Program-made: the position numbers and the translations under genes
Notes under the pieces: generated by a model
Database searches by the model: none
What the model was told of the DNA's origin: nothing
What the model saw: the letters and a program-made list of their open reading frames with translations, nothing else
Assembly (NCBI RefSeq): GCF_004010195.1
Contig: NC_057718.1
Span: 79,726,514 to 79,790,513 of the forward strand
DNA from: Chiloscyllium plagiosum
Lineage: Eukaryota
Direction of reading: 5' to 3'
Length of the DNA: 64,000 nucleotides
Shown: piece after piece, positions 51,601-63,953 of the stretch
Numbering within the stretch: the stretch's first letter is position 1
How the letters are laid out: each line of letters starts with the position of its first letter

Positions 51601-52579
51601 TTTATGTTTATTTCTTTCTCCTTTGTGTACTTATGTAGCTCCAAGCCTACTTCAAAAACACCATGTGGTAGAAAGTTTCACATTCTAATTGATTTCTATG
51701 TGAAGACATTTCTTCTGAATTCAATACTAAATTTATTAGTGACTATCTCATATTTATAGTCTCCAGTTTTGGACTTGTCAATCAGTGGAACCATGAGCTG
51801 AAACAGGCATGATGGAACGACTGGAGTGGAGTTGGAGGGTGGCAAGAGAATCAGTTGGGAGTACATCAATTGAATTTTTGACATTAAGAAAGCTGTCCCC
51901 AATTAAATTGGAGATGGGAAGGACACAATGCAGGAATTCCACTTGCTGGCAGCAGGAATTGGGTTCATTTATGAATCAGGCAAAGCCAAATATCTCTGAA
52001 CCCACTTAGATTTAGTGGAGTTTTAGGAATTCAAATTGTTCTCCTGTGGCTTCTCTTGTACTGGCTCAGTGCCTTGCACACAGGGTGTTCTGTGACAGGC
52101 AATGCCTACTGCTATCATCCTTCTACAACTTCTATAGATCCTCTAAATTTTTTCTGCAATTGGAAACCAGAACTGAGAGTGTTTGTACTGTGAACATGTT
52201 CTTCACTGTACTTGAAATTTTGTTCTAGTTATTAAACTGTGATGTGGGGCTGAAATTTTGTTTGGACAGGAAGGTACACTTGTGTCTACAAATAGCCACA
52301 CAGTTATTTTTGCAGGAAATCTAATTTTCTTTCACATTCTCAATTACTGAAGATTTTCTGGCCTTCTTATGAGTTAGGAATGTCTAGTGTATAAAATACA
52401 TACCAACTTCTCCTAAGGTCAGATTACCAGGGAATGAAAAGGAATTTCCTTCCCCACATTATTTTTGTCTGACGGTGTTGGATTTTGGAAGCCCATGAAA
52501 ATCTTGCCAGTTTTGAGAGTATGTGAAGAAAATGGAAACCCAACCGTGGAGTCTAGAGTCTAATGAAAGATAAGTATAA

Positions 52580-53493
52580 GGTTTAGGGTGTAGGTTTGCT
52601 CGCTGAGCTGTAGGTTTGATATCCAGGCGTTTCATTACCTGGCTAGGTAACATCATCAGTGGCGACCTCCAAGTGAAGCGAAGCTGTTGTCTCCTGCTTT
52701 CTATTTATATCTTTCTCCTGGATGGGGTTCCTGGGCTTTGTGGTGATGTCATTTCCTGTTTGTTTTCTGAGGGGTTAATAGATGGCATCTAGATCTATAT
52801 GCTTGTTTATGGCATTGTGGTTGGCGTGCCAGGCCTCTAGGAATTCTCTGGCATGTCTTTGCTTAGCCTGTCCCAGGATAGATGTGTTGTCCCAGTCGAA
52901 ATGGTGATTTTTTTCATCCGTGTGTAGGGCTATGAGGGAGAGGGGGTCATGTTTTTTTGTGGCTAGCTGGTGTTCGTGTATGCTGGTGACTAACTTTCTT
53001 CCTGTTTGTCCACAAACACTACGTAGGACAAACAGGAAGAACGTTAGTCACCAGGATACATGAACACCATCTAGCCACAAAAAAGACACAACCCCTTCTC
53101 CCTCATAGTCCTACACACGGATGAAAAAAACCACCATTTCGATTGGGACAACACATCTATCCTGGGGCAGGCTAAGCAAAGACATGCCAGAGAATTCCTC
53201 GAGGCCTGGCACTCCAACCACAACGCCATAAACAAGCACATAGATCTAGATGCCATCTATCAACCCCTCAGAAAACAAACAGGAAATGACATCACCACAA
53301 ACCCCAGGAACCCCATCCAGGAGAAAGATATAAATAGAAAGCAGGAGACAACAGCTTCGCTTCACTTGGAGTTCGCCATTGATGATGTTACCTAGCCAGG
53401 TAATGAAACGTCAGGATATCAAACTTACAGCTCAGCGAGCAAACCTACACCCTAAACCTCAACCTGAGCTACAAACCTTCACAAACCTTGCGA
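52580..53493. mobile_element. Poseidon-like PLE 3' end as a long inverted repeat (GIY-YIG C-terminus and hammerhead motif in each arm)
   Basis: Arms 52579-53011 and 53026-53459 with a 14-nt spacer. The plus arm translates KHYVGQTGRTLVTRIHEH..HHFDWDNTSILGQAKQRHAREFLEAWHS..INKHIDL (one frameshift). 34-nt extra tail at 53460-53493; 10-bp TSD ataagtataa at 52570-52579 and 53494-53503. Confidence 0.93.
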
Positions 53494-55011
53494 ATAAGTA
53501 TAAAGTATTTTCACAGCTTCAAATATCATGATTAGGTGTGGTGTTACAAAGTAGGTATGTTTTTAATGCAGCAACATAAAGAGATTTGTCCTTACTGGTA
53601 TCGAACAGCCTTGTGTATTTGTTCACACGCATGACAGTGCTTTTCCAGTGAAGAAAACACATGTCCTGTCAACTACGCAATCATATTTTCTACCTCAATT
53701 TAAATAGGTCTGGTTGATTAAGTAAACTGTTTTTGACACTTGAGAGGTTATCTGAACTTGAAAAACATTTAACCATCTGTACATTGATTGATGGGGCACT
53801 CTTCTTTGAAATTGAAATGAGCATCTCCTGTACTTTTCTTTTCAGAGAGCCAGTAGATAGCTGTAGCTGTTATCAATGATTGACTAAGTTTTAAGTGCTT
53901 CCATACTCTTCAGGCAATTTAATATAGCTTGAAATTGATCTGTGAACCAGACATGCACGTAAAAATACAAAAATGGTGTGTGAAGTGACATGTTGGTCAT
54001 GTGTACAGTTTCTAAGCAGCAAAAGTATGCAGGGGCTATCCCAGAGGCCAGAAGAAGATTTAATCTATCATCTCTATTAGACATGAAGTGAAGGAACAGT
54101 GCCTCCAGAATAGCTGTCCTCAAGTGCTTATTTTTTAACCAGGATGTAAAAAGAATTAATGCTGAAGCAAAAAAGTTTGAAATAAATCAAGCATATAAAT
54201 AAATCAAACTCTGATAGTTTGACTTTGATTAGCTATTCTAACCATCTTCTCTCACCTTATAACAATTAAGTAAAATTAAATAGAAATGTTAAAAATTAAT
54301 ACAGCAGCAAACATAGAAAGTATATAAATGTGGCTAGCATGCAACAAATGTAAAACACAGAAACATGCTATTTTGCTGCAGTACTGTGTCTATATTCCAC
54401 AAAAGGCTCTTGAAGCTCTATTTACTTAATTTCACCCTATCAACATAACGTTCTACTCCTTCCTCCCTTGCCGTTTGTGTAGCTTTCATCAAATGCATCT
54501 ATATTATTCATCTCAACGATTTGGTAACAAGTTTGCCTTCTCATTCTTTCTCAGAGGAGCACATTCCTAGCTATGTGAGTTGTTCAATACTGTGTGTGAG
54601 CAGGTTCTAAACTGATACACCTCTGAATTATCTATCATTTATTTAGGATAGAACTGGAAACAGTGGTGCTTAAGAATTGAATTCTACAAGCAAGAAATTG
54701 TGGGTTGGAGTGGTGGTTGTAATGTAAAAAGAAAGGCATGCACATAAACATAAATATTTCTCAAGATAGAACAATTTTAATCTTGCTTGACTGATGAATA
54801 ACTCCATCATATTCTTTTTAGAATATAAATTCTCTCTTCTCTCTCATGTTAATATTTGCAGTCAAATTATTAAACTGCGCTTTTTTATTTAATTGTAGAG
54901 TAATAAAGGTTTTAAAATAGAGTTGGGGAGAAATCTGCTTTCATTTTTTTGTCATTTTAGTCAATATAATACTCTCATATGGCAAAACGTCTGTACAGTA
55001 ATAGCACTTAC

Positions 55012-55148
55012 CCACACAGGGGAGGGAATATCCAAGTTCTGGGTCATGGATAAATTGCCGGTCATTCAGCCGTGTCACGCAATATAGATGGAAACAATCC
55101 AAGCATATGACATGTCGATCCACACAAGGAAATATCAACACTGGATCA
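55012..55148 (-). CDS. PRKN: Parkin RBR E3 ubiquitin ligase, internal coding exon (RING1; equivalent to human exon 7)
   Basis: Translates as [45 protein letters not shown], matching recalled human Parkin [45 protein letters not shown]. Acceptor is tgtcttttcttgccctgtttAG (AG at 55150-55149); donor is GTAAGT (55011-55006). The 137-bp length and phase-1 end match human exon 7 as I recall it. Confidence 0.97.
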
Positions 55149-57194
55149 CTAAACAGGGCAAGAAAAGACACAATTGTTATACAAGTTAATTTTTAAGAAA
55201 GAATTAATGTTAAAGTTGCATTGGCTCCACCCAACCATATTGGGACTTATTGATACATGCAACTTTTCTAGAAGTCAGTAGCATAAATGTACAAGACAGA
55301 AAGAGAAAGGGCTAGTCTAGGATAATGCATACATACCAGCGCAAAACACCAACTGTCCAATAATTATAATTATGAACAAAAATCTCTCCAAAAGGACCTG
55401 TTAGCTGTGTTCTAACAGACACTAGGCTGCTCCAGTTCCTTGAAATCTCTGTTAGAGATACTGATACCAAACTCATTAACTCAATATTAAGGCTTCTAAT
55501 GAGGCTAACGGGCCGTTAATTGGAAGTGAGCAGATTCTCTGATTTCCCCCACCATAACCCCCAAGTCATAATTTTGAAAATCATAGACTGTCCTTGGAGA
55601 TGTAAGAGGCTGGGGTTGCTCCAGGATTGCAATTATTAGATCACGAAACATTGATTCCTGACCCCATGGCACTGGAAAATTCAGTCTGTGCTTACCAGTT
55701 AGGTTTGCAGGAAAGCAATTAGGAACGGTAACTTCAGGAACTTTTCCCTCCTTGATCTAATGTGCAGAGGAGTTATACTTTCTGCAATGAATGTTCTCTG
55801 ACCTAGTGCTGCTAACCCAGTAATCAGGGAATGACTCCAATATTTAGAATTTTTTTTATTTTTTTAACCCTTTGTCCAAAACTACATAAGACATTCTAAA
55901 CATCTTCTGCCCAAGCAAGTAAAAGAGATGCAAAGTAATATAATAATTATTTATTTATACATAAATAATACTTATATATGCACTACATTATTTCAAAAGA
56001 GAACCTTAATACACATTGTGCATAAACTACCTTATTCTTAATGTCCCAATTATTCATCTACTCACACATTTGTCAGCTCTGTTAGTAATAGGAAATTATG
56101 AAGGAAGAGGAAGAATTTACATATATACAGTAACTAATTAGGACCTCAAGAAATCTTAGGGCATTTTACAGCCATTATAATACATACAAAGTGTTTTCAC
56201 TATCATCATGTCAGAAATGCAGAACACTGTCAAAGAATTAGGTTCAATTTTGCAACGACGCCTTAAGCTAAACTACTCAACAATGTTACACTACTGACTG
56301 CTGTCATGATTGTTGACATCAACATGTCAATTATGTTTTTGTTACCATCAGACTTGGCTATTCCAGTAATCTCTTGCCCAACTATTCCTATGAAATGAAT
56401 GTAATGTCCCTCGACTGGGCACTTAGTACCTATCAATGAAAAAAAGTAGCCATATCCCACCTTCACCATCCCCACCCCACATTTTTTTATTCATTCACAG
56501 GATGAGGGCATCATGGTTCAGGTCAATATTTACTGCCCACTGTAACTGCCCAGAGGACAGTCAAGAGTCAACCACATTGCTGTGGATCTGGAGTATGTGC
56601 AGCATGACTGCAGACAAATTAATCAGGATTTAGGAGATTCATCATCACCCATCGGTTCCTAAGTATATTTGGGAAGACTTCCTAACATCGGAAATCCCAC
56701 ACAGGCACTCTTACATCTGATGACGGCTCCACCAACATGTGCGCCATTAAATCCAGCCAGGAATCTTTTCCAGCAGTATAAGGAAGAAACCACTTATGGT
56801 TTCATGAGCCTATTGCCTTAAATGAGAGGTAGAGAGCTGGTGGAAGCCATCCACACAATTCCCAACATAGAAATGTAGAAGTGGCAATACTCGCAATGGG
56901 TGGGGTTTCAGCTTACCTGGGAATTAGAGTTGACAAATGTGGAGCCCAAAGTATCTGGTGACCCAATTAATTATGAATGACCTAGATAATATGATTTGGC
57001 TTTGAAAGTGATTTCAATATGATCATTTTCCTTACAGTAAATTGCACCACTGTTACCTCAATGCCAATCTTTCATCTCTAACAGAGTCTCCACATGTATA
57101 ATTTCAACTTAGTGGAGGTTGCTCTGATAACTCTTCAGAAAGGCTAACTTCTTCTGAAGATGCATTGCCACATCACATTTAGAAAGTGAGAGTG

Positions 57195-58440
57195 TTTTAA
57201 AAGTAGTACAGTGAGAATTCAGGACTCTGAATTCCTCTAAGGGTGAAGGGCAAGGGCAACAAGTTCAGAGAATCCTGGATGTCACGACACATCGAGAGTT
57301 GATAAAGAAAAATAAAGAAGTATATGTCAAGTACAGCGTATAAAAACAGGGAAGGTCCTTCAAAGTGTATTGAGTATAGAGGATTGCTTAAAAAAGAAAT
57401 TATGAAGAAAAAAAGGGGGCATGAAATAGCTTTGGTGTCTAGGATTAAGAAAAACCTCAAAGCATTTTATAAATACATTAAGAGTAAGAGGATTACCAGA
57501 GAAAGAGTGGGGCCTAAAAGCTCAATCTGAGTGTGGGGCCGGATGAGGTATTAGACAAATACTTATCATCTATACTCACAGAAGAGAAGACACTGTACCT
57601 TGGGATTTCAGTTGGGATGGTTAGAATATGTTAAAATTAATAAGGAGGAGGCATTAGATATTTTAGCAGGGATAAAGGTCCATTGGTAAATTGGGCAGAG
57701 CAATGGCAGATGAAATTTAATCCTGATAAGTGTGAGGTGGAAGGTCTAGTAATGGAATGGTATGCCCAATGAGTGGTAAGTTCCTAGTTAGTACTTAGGC
57801 ACCAAAGGGACTTTGGCATACAAGTCCATAGATCCTTGAAGGTGTCGGCAGATGTAGAGAGGGTGGCAAAAAGACATACAGGATGCTTGCCTTATTAGTG
57901 GGGGTGGAGAATATAGGAATAAGGAAATCTTGTTGCAACTTTATAAAGCATTGGCTAGGCCACAGGTAGAATTTTGCAGTTCTGGTCACCACACTTTTAG
58001 AAGGATATGATTGCACTAGAAAGGGTGCAGAGAAGATTCACTAGGATGTTGCTTGGGATGAAAAGTCTAGTTATAAGGAGAGATTGGATGGGTTGGGTTG
58101 GTTTTCCTTGGAGCAGAGGAGGCTATTGGAAGATCTGATTGAGGTATACAAAATGATGAGAGGAATAGACAGGGTAGATCATGTGAATTTTTCTCCCTGG
58201 CAGGTATATCTAAGATCAGAGGACACACGTTTCAGGTGAAGATGAAGTGGTTTAGAGGAGATCTGAGAAAAACATTTTTCACACGGGGGTAGTAGAAATA
58301 TGGAACTTAAAATGTCAGGGTACACAGTAGGCTATGGACAAAGTGCAGGTAAGTGGGATGAGTGTAGTTTGGTATTTGTTGGTCGGCATACACATGGTGG
58401 GCTAAAGGGTTTGTTTCTATGCACTTTAGTGGGACCATAT
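57195..58440 (+). mobile_element. CR1-type LINE with a large internal deletion of the RT core
   Basis: KRGHEIALVSRIKKNLKAFYKYIKSKRITRERVGP linker; at ~57680 the sequence jumps to WAEQWQMKFNPDKCEV and runs on to the 3' tail. Confidence 0.85.
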
Positions 58441-59384
58441 AGACAGAACATTGGGCTAATACAGTGGAAATAGTGGAAGAGTAAATAGTGGAAAGGCCAC
58501 ACTGAAGAATGCAGTCCTCTCCAAGCTCTATCCAGCTGGACATAGGTACTGTGACTCAAAGGACTTTGAAAAGAAGAAGGATTGAGTAGCAGTGGAGAAT
58601 GTGCAACACAGCGACCGGCCTTCCAAGCACGGTAATCAAACTTGCAGAGAGAATGAAGAGTTCCACTTCAAGCATGCGCAGATTGATGTCATAAAGCATT
58701 ATAATGATGTGGTCTGACATGAACAGAGCAATCGACACACACATATGCACCTCCACCTGTCTCTCAGGCTCCTTCAGTACTTGGGTGCAAGAAAGCTGTG
58801 GCCAGTGCAAAGCGTGGCACCTGTAGCTGACAAGTATTATTAATGGCGAGAAGTGACCCAAAGCTGCTTGTGATAAATTGCAAATGTTTAGCCTAAGTAA
58901 TTCTTCCCATAAGCTGAACCAAAAGTAAAACATCAGTTTACAAAAAAGGCTGAAATGTGGGTAAAGCTTGATTTCCTTTTCTACTTGCAAAACATATACA
59001 TTTTCCTTCATCTGTAATTACAATGTTCTGCAAAACTAAACAGAGGGATTCCAAGAAACACACAATTAACAAAAAAGCAAACTTTGTCCAGCAACCCAAT
59101 ATTGTCAAACTGATGAGGCATAGAATGCTGGAATTCTTTTCCTTGAATAAAACATATTTATCTAAATTTAAAAATAGGAAAACAAATTATTAAATAAGGA
59201 AAAGAACTAAGTGCTAAATGTGTTTTTTAAATATCACTTATCATATGCTACATTCATAGAATCACAGAATCATAAAAAGTTACAATATTGAAGGATGGCA
59301 TTTGACCCAATGAGATCATGCTAGCCAACAAGGAGCTATTCAGTCTGATCCTACAGTCCAGACCTCAATTAAAGGCCTTGAATG

Positions 59385-60005
59385 TCATAGAATCATAAAG
59401 TCATACAGATGTACAGCACGGGAACAGACCCTTCAGTCCAACTCATCCATACTGGCCAGATATCATAAATTAATCTGCCATCATTTGGCCCATATCCCTC
59501 TGAATTCTTCTTATTCATATGCCCATCTAGATGCCTTTTAAATGTTGTAGTTGTACCAGCCTCCACCATTTCCTCTGGCAGCTCATTCCAAACACGCACC
59601 ACACTCTGCGTGAAAAAGTTGGTTCTTAGGTCCCTTTTAAATCTTTCCCCTCTCATCCTAAACCTATGCCCTCTAGTTCTGGACTCCCCCAACCCAGGGA
59701 AAATACCTTGTCTATTTATCCTATTCATGCCCCTCATGGTTTTATAAACCTCTATAAGGTCACCTCTCAGCTTTCGACGCTCCAGAGAAAACAGCCTCAG
59801 CCTATTCAGTCTCTCCTTATAGCTTAAACTCTCCAACTCTGGCAACATCCTTGTAAATCTTTTATAAAACCTTTCAAGTTTCACAACATCCTTCCTACAG
59901 GAGGGAGAGCAGAATTGCACGCAATATTCCAAAAGTTGCCTAACCAATGACCTATAAAGCCGCAACATGACCTCCCAACTCCTATACTCCATGCTCTGAC
60001 CAATA
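59385..60005 (-). mobile_element. CR1-type LINE 3' fragment with open ORF2 C-terminus
   Basis: ORF 59393-59992: EYRSWEVMLRLYRSLVRQLLEYCVQF..RRKLRGDLIEVYK..VWNELP. Confidence 0.93.
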
Positions 60006-61244
60006 ATTCAAGTGCATATCCATATCCATGTTTTGAAAATAACATTATGAGGGCTTGTGTGTCTACTAGTGTCTTAGGCAGAGAGGTCCAGATCCCCACC
60101 ACCCTTTCAATTCAAAACTGCTCCCTTGACTTGAATCTAAATCATCTACCTGCCTTACTGTAAATCTATGTTAGCTGGTTAAGGAACCCTCAACCCAAGA
60201 GGAGTGGGCCTGCCTATCCATTCTAGCCAGATTCTTCATAATGTTTACACAATTCAATTAGATCTCCCCTCAGCTGCCTCTGTTCCAAATTAAGCAACCC
60301 TTGTCTATCCGATAACTCAATGATTATTACCGTATAGTAATACCCATGTAAATCTCCTTCAACCCTCTCAAACACAATTACAATACAGGACTTTGCGATG
60401 AGACAGTGAAAAAATGGGAGTATAATTCCAAGTCAGGAAGCTGTGTAGCTTGGAGGTGATGGTGATGGTGTTTTCATGTGCTTCCTGACTTTGCCTTTCA
60501 AGGTGGAAGTCTATGAATTTGGCAAGTGTTGTCAAAATAGACTTGATGAGTTGCTTCAATGCACCATGTGGAATGTGTATACCACTGCCAATGTGTGCTC
60601 AGTTGGAAGGGAATGAAGGTGAGGTGTCCATTTGTCAAATGTTCTGTGTGTTGTCAGAGCTTTGTCATTCATATTTATGCTTCCTGGATGTTGAACAGGC
60701 TTTTTGACTCTTCACTGAGGTGAGTTACTCACCACAGAATTTCCAGCCTCTAATTGCTCTTGTTTTAGTGAATGATAAAGCTCAAGGAGTTTAACCAAGA
60801 TTGTTCACCAGGCTTGATGGTAATGGAAGGTTAAGTGATATGCAAGGCCAAGATATTACAGATGGTGGGTTGAATATAATTCCGTTGCTTCCTATAGCTC
60901 ACAATTCCTCATGATTCCCTAATTTCAAGTTGCTGGATCTGATCTGAATTTGTTCCATGCAACATTGTTAAACTGCCACACTATGTTATGGAAGATGTCC
61001 TCAATGTGATGACAGGACATTTCCAGAAGAGCTCAATGGTGGTCTACCTCCAACAAATGTCATCGATAGGTAGATCGGTGAGACCAAGTAGACTAAACAT
61101 TCAGTCCCATCCACCTTATCTTAGAGCTCTTCTCGCATAGTGGTAATGACCCTTCCTCTGAGCTAGAAGACCTGTGTTCAAGTCCTCCTTGCATGTCGTG
61201 TCATAATATATCTGAACAAATTGATTAAGGAATAATTATGTATA

Positions 61245-63165
61245 TCTCATTCAGGACACTCCTCAGCCTTCTTAGCTCCAAGGAAAACAACATCAACCTA
61301 TCTAGTCTCTTTCTTTTAGAAAAAAATCCAGTCCAGATAGCATGTGCATGAGTCTCTTCTACATCATCTCCAGTATAATCGCATCCTTCCTACTGTGTAG
61401 TGACTAGGACTGCACATAGAACTCCAACTTTGACCTCACCACATCTTGTTTAATTCCATTATGACTACCTGGCTTTTGTATTCGACACCTCAATGAATAA
61501 AGACAAGTATTCCATATACCTCTTAACCATACTATCCACCTACTTTGTTGCCTTCAAGGATCTATAGACATATACACTGTTGTCCCTCTGTTTTCAATAC
61601 TTCCTAGGGCCCTACCATTTATCATGTATTTTTACCTTTTACCTAAATTCATCACCTCACACTTATCAGGAGAAAATTCCATTTGCCATTGTTCTGCCCA
61701 CCTGACCAGCCCCTCTATATTGTCCTATAAACTCCCAAAGCTTTCTTCTTGCTATTTACCACACCACTACATTTTTCTGTCATCTGTGAACTTACTGATC
61801 AAACCTCTAACATTCATGTTGAAATCATTAATGTACACTACAAACAACAAGGAACCCAACACTGCAGTATGCCATTAGACACATTAACAACCTTTGAACA
61901 ACATTCCATGCCACTTTCCATTAAGCCAACTTTGGATTCAATTTGTCAAATTGCCCGAATCCCCTGGGTCTTAGACCAATCTTTCACATAACACCTTGTC
62001 AAAAGCTTTTCTGAGGTCCATGCAGACTGCATCAACTGCACAACCTTCATCTACACATCTAGTCACATCCTTGAAAAGATTAGATTAGATTAGATTACTT
62101 ACAGTGTGGAAACAGGCCCTTTGGCCCAACAAGTCCACACCGCCCCGCCGAAGCGCAACCCACCCATATCCCTACATTTACCCCTTACCTAACACTACGG
62201 GCAATTTAGCATGGCCAATTCACCTGACCTGCACATCTTTGGACTGTGGGAGGAAACCGGAGCACCCGGAGGAAACCCACGCAGACACGGGGAGAACGTG
62301 CAAACTCCACACAGTCAGTCGCCTGAGGCGGGTATTGAACCCGGGTCTCTGGCGCTGTGAGGCAGCAGTGCTAACCACTGTGCCACCGTGCCGCCCAAAA
62401 CTTTCATGAAACCTGTCAGATATGATCTCCCCTGACAAAACCATGCCTATTATCCTTGATTAATCCTTGTCTCTCCAAGTGAAGATTGGCTCAGTGGCTT
62501 TTAGTTCCTCAATTTATCCCTACCACTCTTCTTGAATAACTGTACAACATTAGCAGTCTTCCAGTTCTGCGACCATTCAGGATTTGAAAGTAAATGTTGC
62601 AACCTTCTTCCCTTCCTCCCATAACAGTCTGGAACATAGCTCAAAAGTGTATCGAGGCTTATCCAATTTTAAGCTTGCTAAAACTACTACTATCTCCCTC
62701 CCTATCAATGGGAATTTGCTCAACTTTCTCACAGACCTCAATGCTGATTTACATATCTATACTTTCCTACTCTATAGTGAATAAAGATGCAAAGTACTCA
62801 TTCAAGCCTTACTGATGTCTCCCAGACCCTCACATACAGATTACCATGTTGGTCTCTAATGGACCCTGCTCTTTTCCTTGATTATCCTCTTGCCTCTAAT
62901 ATATTTACAAAGGACCTTTAAATTTTCCTTTACCTGAATCATCTTTTTTTTAATCACACCCATCTTTGCTCCTTTACCTTTTTTCTAAGTATCCTTCTGC
63001 ACTCCCTATATACCTCTAAAACGTCTGCTGTTTTTTGGCCATAGGTATCTACCATACCCTTCCCTTTTTTTCCCTTATCGAATCCTGTACATTCCTTGAC
63101 CTCCAGATTTCTCTGCGCTGGTTGGTCCCAACCCTGATCTTTGTGGGAACATGTTGGCTTTGCAC
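61245..63165 (-). mobile_element. Older CR1-type LINE interrupted by a SINE
   Basis: Reverse strand gives VCMDLRKAFDKV (~61993-62030) and a QWQMEFSPDKCEV-like motif (~61655-61693); linker region at 62750-63100. Confidence 0.82.
62077..62396 (-). mobile_element. Full-length young HE1/V-SINE-type SINE
   Basis: Reverse strand gggcggcacggTGGCACAGTGGttagc (A box), GGTTCAATACC (B box), central domain, LINE-like 3' end, (TAATC)4 tail; CpGs retained. Confidence 0.94.
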
Positions 63166-63194
63166 TCTCACTGTTTCGTTTTTGAATTAATATC

Positions 63195-63560
63195 TCAGAA
63201 ATTGTGGCATTGGAGGAAATTACAGAGATACAGAAGGATGAGGCTATGGCAGGATTTGAACGCAAGGTTAAGAATTTTAGAAGCAAGATATTGTTTGACC
63301 AGGAGCCAATGGAAGTCAGTATATACTGAGGTGATAGGGATCACCCCAGGGGAATTAGAACTTTTGATTACTTCACATTTACAGAAGGTAGAATGAGGGG
63401 GACCAGCAAGGAAGATTTTAAATTAGCTGAGTCTAACAGTGATAAAGGCATGGATCAGGGTTTCATTTGAAGAGAAGTTAAGATGGGTGAGATTGGGCAT
63501 TATTATGAAATTGGATATAGTGATCTTAGAGATGGTGCAACTTGACGCAAGAAACTTATG
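63195..63560 (-). mobile_element. Possible L2-like LINE fragment
   Basis: Reverse strand tgacttccattggctcctggtcaaacaa...ttctaaaattcttaacctt resembles an LHWLPV..I.FKIL motif. Confidence 0.5.
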
Positions 63561-63800
63561 TCAAGATCAATTGCTGAGCAGATATCACAGTGTCAGAATA
63601 ATTATAAAAGATTTTTCAGGAAATGATCCAAGAATCACCAGAAGGAAATGATAAAATCTTTTAGACGAGGCATGAAAAAACCTGCTGTTGAACCTGTGAG
63701 AGCAACTATTACATTTTGCAATCATCTGGCACAGTAGGCTATTCTAAGAAACTATAAGAGTAGCATAAAAGTCTACATTGGTGTCCACTACATTTTTTTA

Positions 63801-63953
63801 TGATGTGGAGGTGCCGGTATTGAGCTGGGATGGACAAAGTTAAAAGTCACACTACACCAGATTATAGTCCAATAGGTTTATTTGGAAGTACAAACTTTCG
63901 AAGCACTACTCTTTCATCAGGTAGCTATAGCCCGGTGTTGTGTGAATTTTAAC
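63801..63953. mobile_element. PLE terminal-repeat inverted pair, third family, decayed hammerhead core
   Basis: Reverse strand ctgatgaaagagtagtgcttcgaaagttt (63920-63892). 63925-63953 is an inverted copy of 63839-63867, and the left arm has a ~38-nt extra tail (63801-63838). Confidence 0.7.

Noticed and set aside
54941..55171. 76-aa ORF as a stand-alone small protein
   Set aside because: Only 55012-55148 is Parkin-like and bounded by splice sites; the flanks are intron.
58556..59011. 151-aa minus-strand ORF upstream of the Parkin exon
   Set aside because: No similarity to Parkin exon 6 or any family I recognise; treated as a chance ORF.
62320..62396. tRNA gene (A and B boxes)
   Set aside because: It is the tRNA-derived head of a SINE that continues into the SINE body and occurs four times in the window.
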